This document shows, one piece after another, positions 1 through 11,300 of a stretch of DNA of 64,000 nt. Where the stretch lies: positions 40,796,001 through 40,860,000 of the forward strand of contig NC_083288.1 in NCBI RefSeq assembly GCF_963506605.1, in the 5' to 3' direction. The first letter of the stretch is position 1. Each line of letters opens with the position of its first letter. The translations under genes and the position numbers were made by a program. The notes below the pieces were generated by a model that did no database searches, was not told where the DNA came from, and saw nothing but the letters and a program-made list of their open reading frames with translations. Source of the DNA: Zootoca vivipara (Eukaryota).

Positions 1-890
1 CAAGCCCAGCAAACAGCGCCCGCCGATCTTCGGTGACAGGCGGGGGTGGGGGGAGAGCGGAGAACGATCTCCGCTTCCCCCCCACCCCCGCCTGTCACAC
101 AGCACAGGGCCGAAGATCGGCGGGCGCTGTTTGCCGGGCTTGTCAAGCCCAGCAAGGAGCGCCCGCCGATCTTTGGTGACAGGCGGGGGTGGGGGGAGAG
201 CGGAGAACGATCTCCGCTCCCCCCCACCCCCGCCTGTCACACAGGACAGGTCCGAAGATCGGCGGGCGCTGTTTGCCGGGCTTGTCAAGCCCAGCAAACA
301 GCGCCCGCCGATCTTCGGTGACAGGCGGGGGTGGGGGGAGAGCGGAGCACGATCTCTGCTTCCCCCCCACCCCCGCCCGTCATACAGCAGAGGGCCGAAG
401 ATCGGCGGGCGCTGTTTGCCGGGCTTGTCAAGCCCAGCAAGGAGCGCCCGCCGATCTTTGGTGACAGGCGGGGGTGGGGGGAGAGCGGAGAACGATCTCC
501 GCTTCCCCCCCACCCCCGCCTGTCACACAGGACAGGTCCGAAGATCGGCGGGCGCTGTTTGCCGGGCTTGTCAAGCCCAGCAAACAGCGCCCGCCGATCT
601 TCGGTGACAGGCGGGGGTGGGGGAGAAGCGGAGAACGATCTCCGCTTCCCCCCCACCCCCGCCTGTCACACAGGACAGGTCCGAAGATCGGCGGGCGCTG
701 TTTGCCGGGCTTGTCAAGCCCAGCAAACAGCGCCCGCCGATCTTCGGTGACAGGCGGGGGTGGGGGGAGAGCGGAGCACGATCTCCGCTTCTCCCCCACC
801 CCCGCCTGTCACACAGCACAGGGTCGAAGATCGGCGGGCGCTGTTTCCCGGGCTTGTCAAGCCCAGCAAGGAGCGCCCGCCGATCTTCGG
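1..890. repeat. GC-rich ~143-bp tandem minisatellite (~6.2 units visible), each unit a nested inverted repeat
   Basis: CAAGCCCAGC recurs at 1, 144, 286, 429, 572, 715, 858; internal inverted repeats within each unit. Confidence 0.95.
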
Positions 891-1082
891 CTCTGTCCCC
901 CGATGCGCTACGGCTCGGGGAAGCAGGCAGGGAGCTCCTGCTGGGTCCCGCGCCTTCGCCTCTCGCTCGGTCGGGGCTTTGCGATAGTGCTTATTTTCGG
1001 GGTATGTCTTATTTTTCACCAACCCTTAGAAATCCTGTCATGGCTTATTTTTTGGGGATGCCTTAAAATATGAGAAACACGG
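891..1082. mobile_element. Right end of a Tc2/pogo-like non-autonomous DNA transposon that probably carries the minisatellite
   Basis: Ends ...GAGAAACACGG|TA (reverse complement TA|CCGTGTTTCTC), with subterminal CTTATTTT repeats; left end is outside the window. Confidence 0.55.
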
Positions 1083-1142
1083 TAGCTTCCCACTACTCTC
1101 ACGTATCTGTTTGAAAGTTTTGGTATTGTTATTTATATTGTA

Positions 1143-1362
1143 CAGTGGTACCTCGACTTACGAAGACGATCAGATCCGCGGTGCTCTTCGTAAGTCAAGA
1201 TTTTCGGATGCCGAAGCGCCCGTTCTGCGCATGCGCGAAGCGTGATTTTTGTGCTTCTGCACAGGCTCAGAACACGCGCGGGGCGAAAAGACTTTCGGGG
1301 TTGTCGACTTCATAAGTCGAAACCTTCGGAAGTCGAAGCATTCGTATGTCGAGGTACCACTG
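1143..1362. mobile_element. Tigger/mariner-type MITE
   Basis: TIRs CAGTGGTACCTCGAC / GTCGAGGTACCACTG, TA on both sides. Confidence 0.9.
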
Positions 1363-1509
1363 TACATTTAAAACATTTCTAGACTGGCTTTCATTCAAAA
1401 TCACAGGGCAGGTGTACAGCAACACCGCTAAAAATCACAGCAATAAAAACCCCATATACAATATAAAACATGGAACAATAATATATTCAAACCAAAACGG
1501 GATAGGTTC

Positions 1510-1990
1510 CAGTTGCCAGAAGATGGGGTGGAAGGTTTTCAAGAAAGGGACATTAACCAGCTCCTTGGAGCCAGTGTCACAACAGAAAATGCCCTATCTC
1601 AATTACTGTGATGGAAAACTTGACCAACAATACGTCATTATCTGATCTCTGTGACACAGCAGCTCGATGTGGGAGAAGACGGTTCCTCAAGTAGTCGGGT
1701 CTCAAATCGCTCAGGGCCCTCTATGTCAATACAAGAAGCTTACACCTGGCTCTGTTCTATACTGGCAGTCAGTGCAATTCTCAAGAGGGGCATTACCTTT
1801 GCTGCACCACGTTCAGCAACCTAGCTGCAGCTTCCAGTCCAGCCTCAAGGGCAGGCCCACATACAGTTCATTACAGTAGTCCAGACTTGAGGTTAGCAAC
1901 AGGAACAACTGTATGTGGCAAATCAGACGAAGATGACAAAAGGTGCTCCCAAGCCATGAAGACTGATTGTGGACCACTCCCAAATGAGGC
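1510..1990 (-). mobile_element. Degraded L2-like LINE fragment
   Basis: Minus strand shows the ...SSLDYCN.LYVGLPLR... remnant shared with other L2 copies. Confidence 0.6.
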
Positions 1991-2154
1991 ACCTGTTCCT
2001 TTTTTTTGGGGGGGGGGGTACAATTCTGTCCAGAACAGCTAAATCACCTAATTCCTGGACCTAGGAACCATCCACAAGACCTCCTTCTTCTTGGGATTCA
2101 GCAGCAGCAGTTCCTTTTCACTCAATCTAGCTTCAGGGAAATTTCAAAACTCAC

Positions 2155-2205
2155 CGGGGCAAAAACGGAAGGCTCTCTGGGATCATGAACTACTTCATCT
2201 GTGCC
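2155..2205 (-). CDS. METTL17: METTL17 exon 11 ([17 protein letters not shown])
   Basis: ctgtag acceptor, gtgagt donor, phase 0/0. Confidence 0.9.
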
Positions 2206-5200
2206 CTACAGAAGAAGATGGATGGGGGTAGAGAAGCATAATTCATTTAAACAGTCATGCATGTCATTCTCACAGTCCTTCCTCGATCATGGGCAAGGAA
2301 GCTAAATATTGAGGAAAATACAGGGGCCAGAGGTCGAGCAGGTGCAGCCACCAAAGGGACAGCCCTATCAACTTGTTTAAAGGTTCAGGCCCATTTGAAA
2401 TGGAGACAAGCCTAAATGGCTGCTACAATTATGGTGGGTGGGAATGAACTTTCCTTCTTTAATTAAAATTGGATTTTTAAGTATCTGTGCTAATAAGAGA
2501 GGTAATCTAGAGCAGTTTTGTTAATTAGCAGAGTTTGGGGTTAAAAACCTTCAAGAGGGAAATGATGAATTTTGAACTCATTGATTACAGTCCACGCTCC
2601 AAAGAAAAACTTTGGGGAAGACATAAAGCAATAATCATTCTAAGAGAAGGAGGCTGACGTGCTTCCTGGCACGATATCCTTTTTTTAAACAATGGTTTTA
2701 TTTCAGGGGTCACCAACACAGCACCCATGGGTGTAACGGCACCCTTGATGTTGTCTTCTGGTGCCCACACTCACTGCCCCCCTTAGTTATGAGGCGATCA
2801 AGAACAGTTTCTTTCCTAGAGCAATCTTGGCCTTAAATGGAAACTCTGGACTCTGAAGTCATCGTATTTATTTGTTATATTGTTCTGTATTGTATTGCGC
2901 TTATTAGTATTTTAATTTATGTGGAGTGTCTTATTTGAGTTGAGTTGATATAGCAACAGAGAAATTTTGTTATTCCCACAAAGGGACAAAGACAATAAAG
3001 ATCTATTCTATTCTATTCTATTCTATTCTATTCTATTCTCACCTTTTGTCCCATGGAGAGTACGCAGAACTGGAAGAGGAAGGTGGAAGGAGGACACTCA
3101 TTCCCACTTGCTCACTCAGCACTTTTAAAGGCTGTGTGTATACGCGCACACACACATTTCCTGTCCCTGGGGAGCAGGAAGAAGTCAGGGGTTGCATCCC
3201 TAGCATTTGCTCGCAGGTCCAAAAAGGTCGTCAACTCCTATTTTATAGCCTGCATGCATTTCTTTAAGCCACACAACAGAGAAGTGCCTCACCTTTAATA
3301 TAAGATCCCGGGCTTCCATGAGCATCTGGTGACCTTCTTTGGTCCCGTTCTCTACCAGAACCTGGAAAAATGAAGGCAAGGGAGAGACTATACACTGGGT
3401 GGTGCTGAGCAACAGTCCCACCCCCCATTCCCAAACAAGAGCAGGCTTCTGCAGTGCATGGAATGCAAGGGAAAGTTGTTACTATCTATAGAACCACCAG
3501 CGGGCAAGGCACTTTGCCAAGCACATGAGAAGAAATCCCTGTCCCAGGGAGCTTACAATCTTAAGATTTTTTAAATAGGGGAAGCAGGTGCCTCCACTTT
3601 CTGCTGCTGTCTCAGCGCTGTGACTTGGTGATCCAGGAACAGCAGCTCAGAGTTTCCTCTGAGTTGCCCTGAGAATCAGGAGCCCCTTTTTCATTCAATA
3701 AATCCAGGTCACAGTCAGAGAAAAAGGGGGGAATTTCAGAGACAATAAAAATTGCATATCCCCCTCCATTTACTGGAGCCAATAGGAGCTCCCCACACAC
3801 CCTCACCTCTAATTATGGTGAGCGTGTAATATGTGTGCAGGGTCCAGATAGGTAGCTTTCTCCAAGCCTTACTGCAATACAGGGAGTGAGGGCAGAGAGG
3901 AGGCAAGGATATGCTGCAGGATGGGTAGGGAGGCCGCATGGGCCACACCCAGTTATTCCCCATCCCTGGAACAGAAGAATGGAAGGAAGATTAACAGGGA
4001 AGGTATATGTGGTTGCTTCAGTTGCACGTACTTAGGGGGAGAAACACAGTATCAGACGGGTAAGCTGTTTGCCCACTTACCAAAAAGCCACCTGTCTTTC
4101 TCCAGAGTGTCTGCGCTGTCTCCACTCTCTGAGCATAACTCTGGAGTTCGTTGAGTGAGAAAGCAGAAACCACAAGGTCAAATTTCACCTGCATGTGGAG
4201 CAAAGGGAGAGAGAAAGATGGGGCTGGAATATGTAGGAACAGTGTATTCAATTACAAATTTTAGGGTCCTTTAAAATAGAAAGAAAAGAAAAAAGGCCAA
4301 AAGTTTAATTTTAGAGCCAGCGTGGACAACTTCTGCAGTGTTAACGGTCAAGCTCTTGGACTTAAGACTGGGAAGATCAGTCCACGCTCTGCTCTGCCAT
4401 GACGTTTCCTGGGTGACTGTGACAAAGGTACACTCTCAGCTTAACCTACTTCACAGGGCAATGATCCAACTGGTGGTGGCTGGCAGCAGTTGGGGAGGGA
4501 GGAAGAGGCCTCCTTATACTGGATATTTTTAAGGGGTATGTTGAGGATCTGGTGGAAGTAGCAGAAGCATAGCTGCCAAGTTATCCCTTTTTTACAGGGA
4601 TTTTCCCTTATGCTGAATAGGCTTCCTCGCGAGAAAAGCGAAAACTTGGCAGCTATGAGCAGAAGACGCAAAAAATCCCTCCCATGAACTTCCTTATGGC
4701 TCAAGCCATTGGTATTATTCGAGAAAATCTCTGATTATTCTAAAGTGTAGCAAAAGTTGGTCACTTGCAGGGTTTTTTTAAATGGAAAATTTACACAGCT
4801 TAAGAAGTATTTTAAAACAAACTCAGGTGAAGACCAATTCCAATCATTAAGCCTGGGGAATGGGAGGGGGAACCTGTTTAGATGTGGAAGTTAAACAGTT
4901 CAAGTGGGAAATCCTTAAGTGGGACCATAGGCACCTGAATGGGGATTTAACGAGACCCCCTGGGACTCATCCTGCTCTGAGTGCAGCTGCCACTGGGAGG
5001 AAAATAAGATGATGAGTTATTATTACCTTTGGTGAAACTGGGAGGAACTGCCGAAAGTAGACTCCTGGGATGCAGATATTCTTGTCCCCAGAAATGCCTG
5101 GGTAGTTGTTGTTTTTAAAAAAAAAACAAAAACAAAGGTAGAAGCATGGAAAGGTTTGTGGGAGCTCAAATACAACAGGTGAAGTGCTGTAACTCAGTGA

Positions 5201-5348
5201 GTAGAATGTATGTTTTGCATGCAAAAGGTGCTAAACTCAATCAAATATCCCCAGGTAGGGCTGGGAGATACTCCTCAAACCTTGGGGAATGACTGCCAGC
5301 CAGTGTAGACAGTACTGAGAAAGATAGACCAATGGCCTGGCCCTGTAT

Positions 5349-5381
<33 letters not shown>

Positions 5382-8300
5382 TTCATTCCCCACCCATCTA
5401 GCCGGGCCTCCCCAGCCACTCTGGGTGGCTTCCAACAGGACATTAAAAACACAATAAATGATCAAACATGAAAAACTTCCCTAAACAGGGCTGCCCTTAG
5501 ATGTCTTCTAAAGGTCAGATAGTTGTTTATTTCCTTGACATCTGATGGGAGGGAATTCCACAGGGCGGGCACCACTACTGAGAAGACCCTCTGCCTGGTT
5601 CCTTGTAACCTTACTTCTAGCAGTGAGGGAACCATCAGAAGGCCGGCCCTCGGAGCTGGACCTCAGTGTCCGGGCAGAATGATGGGGGTGGAGATGCTCC
5701 TTCAGGTATACTGGGCTGAGGCCATTTAGGGCTTTAAAGGCCAGCACCAACACCTTGAATTGTGCTCGGAAACGTACTGGGAGCCAATGTTAGGTCTTTC
5801 AGGACCGGTGTAAAATAGTCTTGGCAGCCGCTCCCAGTCACCAGTCTAGCTGCCACATTCTGGATGAGTTGCATTTTCCGGGTCACCTTCAAAGGTAGCC
5901 CCACGTAGAGCACATTGCAGTAGTCCAAGCGGGAGATAACCAGAGCATGCACTACTCTGGCGATACAGTCTGTGGGCTGGTAGGGTCTCATCCTGCATAC
6001 CAGATGGAGCAGTTTCCTATGCTCCCATGATTCTAGTGGCAATGGGTGGGAATTGTAGTACGGAAAGGGTCTGAAGCCATATGGCCCAGACGCAGGTTTG
6101 ATGCTTAAAGAGTAGTAGAAGAAGAATTTGGACTTGATATCCCACCTTTCACTCCCACTCTCAAAGCGGCTAACAATCTCCTTTCCCTTCCTCCCCCACA
6201 ACAAACACTCTGTGAGGTGAGTGAGGCTGAGAGACTTCAAAGAAGTGTGACTAGCCCAAGGCCACCCAGCAGCTGCATGTGGAGGAGCGGGGAAGCAAAC
6301 CCGGTTCCCCAGATTACGAGTCTACCGCTCTTAACCGCTACATCACTAAAGAGTAGGGTTACATTGAACTGCCCTGTGCAAATCACAACAAAGGGGCAAA
6401 GGGGCAGAGCTTCCCACCATTTCAATGGTCCCTGCATATAATTTCCCCATTCATTGGGCATCTGGCATCCTACCTTTTAATCAAGGATGGGGCAGGACGG
6501 GGATGTATTTCACCGCCATGAAAGGGCTCCTGGATAGATGTCCGGCAAAGGATAACTCCCCCCCCCCGAAGTTCTCCACACAGCACCACTCACAACTCTC
6601 ACCTTTCATCAGCCTCTCAGCTAAGGCTAACATTGAAGCCGAACTATCGATGTTCATGTACTCGTTGATACTCTTGCCCCAGATGCCGTGTGCTGCCCTA
6701 AAGTGAAGCGGAAGGAGAGGGAAGAAAGGAGCAGGGTGGAACGTCTATGAATGGTCTCTTCTAAAAGATCCAAGTTGCTGGGATGGAAAGACTCCTGGAT
6801 CAAGGATAAAGAACCCATGGCCCTCCAGATACTGGAATACAGCTACTACTATTCTTGACCACGGACCTGCTGGCTGATGTGAGTTAAGAGTCCAGCAGCA
6901 GGAGGGCCACAGCTTCCCACCCCTATTTACATAAATTGTTCCCTCCCTCAATGCTGCTCAGGAATTAACATGATTTCTCACCAGGTGACAGCGCCCGTTC
7001 CTGAGCCGAAATCCAACAGGGTGCGCGGCTCAAAGTCCGAGACTCTCTTCTGGATCTGAAGGAGACAAAAAGAGAAATTGCTTCGTAAACCTGTCTGTCA
7101 ATTGAACATACATATGAACCTTTCAAAAAAACAACAACAAACAGAGTCCTTTTTGTTGGGGATAATTCAGAGGGAAATTCCCAGGTATTAAAAAAAGAAG
7201 AAGACTATTTATATGGATGCTACTACTGCGGCCCATGTTTTGTTAGCCCCAAAATGGAAAATGAGAGAGGTCCCAAACAAAGAAGAATGGGAACTTAAAC
7301 TGATGGAATACGCACAGCTTGCAGATTTAACATATAGAATAAGAGAACAAGAAGAATGCATGTTTAAAGAAGACTGGAAAATGTTTACTGAATATATGGG
7401 TGAAAACTGTGTTCATTGAAAAACACTGGTAGCATTAAGATAAATTCAACAGTGTAGATAAGTTTTGATGGATGTAACAATGGATTACTGAATGGTTTAG
7501 TTCATGTAAAATATGCAGGGATGTATGGTATGCAAAATGAACCATGGAAAGGGAAGAAGGGAAGCCATTGATTTAAGGTTGTTTAAATGAGTATTTTGAA
7601 ATGTAACTTAGAAAATTTAATAAAAATTGTATACAAAAAAAGAAAAAAAATGAGCCTGTTCGCCGTTTGAAAGTAGGGTACGGTATTTACAAACGCACCC
7701 TACAGTGCGATAACGTTTCTGTGAGGGACAGGGGATATCGCGAAGTCCCTCCCCTCCTGAGTTCAAGCCCATCCCCGAGCACAGGGGAAAGCAGAGAGAG
7801 TTCCGATTCCAGTGGGGAAGCAGGAAGTCGTGTCCGAGGCTCAGGCAAGGTAGCGGAGCCAGGGTCCCAGGTGGGACAGGAAGGGGCAAATAAGGGGGGG
7901 AGACCCATCCCCCCAACTCCGGAATTACGCAGAAAGCGGAGAGGAAAGAGGATGGGTCTACCCAGGCTTTTGTGTTGGAGAAAGACGCGCCAAAAGCCAC
8001 TCGGAGGTTCTGAACCCGACTGAACACATAGCTCCGTGTAAATAGCAATGACTTCAGCACTGTAAATACGCAGCACCAATAAAAGAATAAAATGCAGAGC
8101 TGTGTAGAGTCGTTACTCTGAAGTAGCCCGCTCCGGCCACTGTGACAGCAACCTCCGAGTCTTTTTTTGGGCTACTTTGGAGTTGCCGGGATGAGTGCGT
8201 CAGAGGCGGAGAAATGGCGGCAGATCGCGGAGAAAGCCCAACAGGACCTGCAGCAACTGGCGCTGCAGGCACAGGGGGAATTAAAGGCAGCTAAAGAAGA

Positions 8301-11300
8301 AACCAAGAAGGTCCAGGAGGACCGGCTACAACTTGCGGAACAGGTGAGAGCGCTTCAGGAAAAAGAGCAGCAATTAAGGGCGGTGGCGGTAGAGCTCCAA
8401 AACAAGTTGGATGCCGAGAAAAACAAGGCGGGAGGGGGCCCCCAACTCCAAGTGCTGCCAGGAAGGAGAGCGGGGACCCTAGTAAGCAAGTTCAATGGAG
8501 ACCCGAGGGAATATCATGGCTTTGAGACTGAGATCGTGTATGCTCTGGAGCTGCACCATGATGAGTTCCCTGATGATGAACACAGGGTAGCGTTTATTGT
8601 GGAACACCTTACAGGGGCAGCCAGGGAGTGGCTAAGACCGTTAATCGCGACAAAAAATCCTTGCATGAAGAATGTCAAACTATTTCTAGAGGCTTTAAAA
8701 ACTATGTATGCGTCCGATAGCCATATGGACCAGACCAAGGAGGAACTGCATAATTTAAGGCAAAGAACAATGACAGTTCGCGAATATTGGGCGAGATTCA
8801 CCATGCTAGTGCACAGACTGGGATGGGAACTGCACTCGCCTCCGATGGAAGCGGCGTTCTACCTGGGGTTGAATGAGGATGTGAAAGATGAGCTCTCGAG
8901 AGGTCCAAAGCCCAGTAATATGGATCAGCTGAGCAAAGCGGCTCTGGCGGTGGGGGTGAGACAGGAATCCCGGTGGAACGACAAGCAAGCAACGCGCGCA
9001 AAGCGGGCTTGGTTCCCACGGTCGCAGGAGAAGCCACTCCCCCAACAACCCTTCCAAGCCACGCCTGGGGCCAGCCAGGACCAGGAACCCATGCAAATTG
9101 ATAGCGCGCGCGCGTGGGCTTTTCAAACCCCAGCGGCGACCAGACGCAAGGAGGGAAGGGGCGGGAATTGCTTTCTCTGCAACTCCCCCCAGCATCTCGT
9201 CAGAGACTGCCCACATCGCAGAGAGTGGCAAGGAAAGGCGGGAACGGTTGTGCCCTCCCCCACTGACGCAGCACCACAGCAGGGAAACGGGAAAGCCTGG
9301 TTGCAGGAGACAAGGGGCAGCAGCCAGGCGCAGTCAGCAGACAACAGCCCCAGCCCGCCCACCCGCACAGCGCGGAGCAGAGCCAGCCCACCCCGCCCAG
9401 AGCAGGAGTGGTTCTAGAAGTGACGCTAACGCTCCCAAATGGCTATCCCCTGACGGTCCTCGCCTTAATTGACAGTGGTGCATCAGCCAACTTCTTCTCG
9501 AGAAACTTTGCAGAAGAGCACCAGATCCAGCTTCTGCAGCTGGACTTTCCCCTGCACGTAGCCACCATTGACGGCAGGGAGTTGCTGGGAGGGGCCATCA
9601 CTCATCAAACCCCCCCCCCATGAGAATGACGGTGGGAAGGCACTCAGAGACACTGGCATTCAACGTCACCACCATCTCAGACCCCCCATCGTCTTGGGCA
9701 TGAGCTGGCTGGCGCGCCACGACCCCTCCATCAGTTGGCACCAGAGATGCATCACGTTTGGGTCGGACTTTTGTCTGGAACATTGCATGCAGCACCAACC
9801 AGGGGAGGGGCCTCCAATAGCCACGGTGGCCACCATGCACGTCAAAGGGGGTGAGGCGATACCCAAACCATACTGGGACCTGCAGGAGGTCTTCAGCGAA
9901 GCGGAGTCCGACCACCTGCCCCCACACAGGTCTTTTGACTGCCAGATCAACCTGGTGCCAGGGGCAACGATACCCCCAGCCAAGCTGTACGCCATGTCAG
10001 ATCAGGAACTGGAGGATCTGCGTGCGTTTATAGACAAGAACCTCAAACGGGGGTTCATCAGAGAAAGCAAGGCAGCAGGGGGCAGCCCGGTCTTCTGGGT
10101 GGACAAGAAAGACACGCAACAGCGCCGACTTGTGGTGGATTTTAGACGGCTCAATTCAGTGACAGAGCCAGTGGCTTTCCCCATGCCCAGAGTGGACGAT
10201 CTCCTGACAGCGGCACGCAGGGGCAAGATTTTCACCAAGCTGGACCTGAGGGGGGCGTACAACTAGATCAGGATCCGGGAAGGCGATGAGTGGAAAACCA
10301 CGATGTTCACGCCTCTGGGCTCTTTCGAATATCTGGTGATGCCCTTCGGGTTGCAAGGGGGCTCAGCATGCTTCCAGGCCTTCATGCACCACGTCCTGGG
10401 GTCCCTCCTCTTCAAGAACTGCTTGGTCTTCCTGGATGACATCCTTATCTATTCCAATGACCCAGTGCAACATGTGAAGGATGTCAGGGAGGTGTTGCAG
10501 CGCCTGAAGGAGAACCACCTGTATGTGAAGCTGGAGAAGTGCAAGTTTCACACCAGGGAAGTAGACTTCCTGGGCTACAAACTGTCAGACAAGGGGCTGG
10601 CGATGGACAAGGACAAGGTGCAGGCCATCCTGGACTGGCACAGCCCCAGGACGCGCAAAGATGCCCAACGCCTCCTAGGCTTCGCCAACTTCTACAGGAA
10701 ATTCATCAAGAACTTCTCGCGTGTTACGGCTCCCATCACGGACTGCCTGAGAGGCAAGCAGAAGTTCAGGTGGACACCAGAGGCGCAAGCAGCGTTCGAA
10801 GGCCTCAAGAGGGTGTTCGCTTCAGACCAAAACCTGTTCCACGTGGTGCAGGATGCGCCCCTACGCGTGGAAACAGACGCTTCAGACAGGGCTTTGGGAG
10901 CGATCCTGTTGCAACTGGACGCCAACAGAGAGTGGAGACCTTGTGCCTTCTTCTCCAGGAAGCTGACCCAGCCGGAGCGCAACTACACGGTGTTTGATAG
11001 AGAACTTCTTGCGATCCACGCTGCTTTCCAGCACTGGCGACACTTCCTGGTGGGCGCCAAGCACCCCATCCAGGTGTGCACGGACCACAAGAACCTGGAG
11101 TTCTGGAGAACAGCCAGGGTGCTCAACCAGCGGCAGATACGGTGGGCAGAGTTCTTCTCGAACTTCAACTTCTCCATCCACTACATCCCGGGGGAGCAGA
11201 ATGTCAGGGCGGATGCCCTCTCCCGCAAACCAGAGTACATGGAGCAGGAGTTGCCACCAGCACCCAGGCACATTTTCCCCCCATCAGCATGGTCCTGCGG

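Noticed and set aside
1-1073. Many overlapping ORFs and a CRISPR-like appearance
   Set aside because: ORFs are artefacts of a stop-poor GC-rich repeat; units have no unique spacers and the DNA is eukaryotic.
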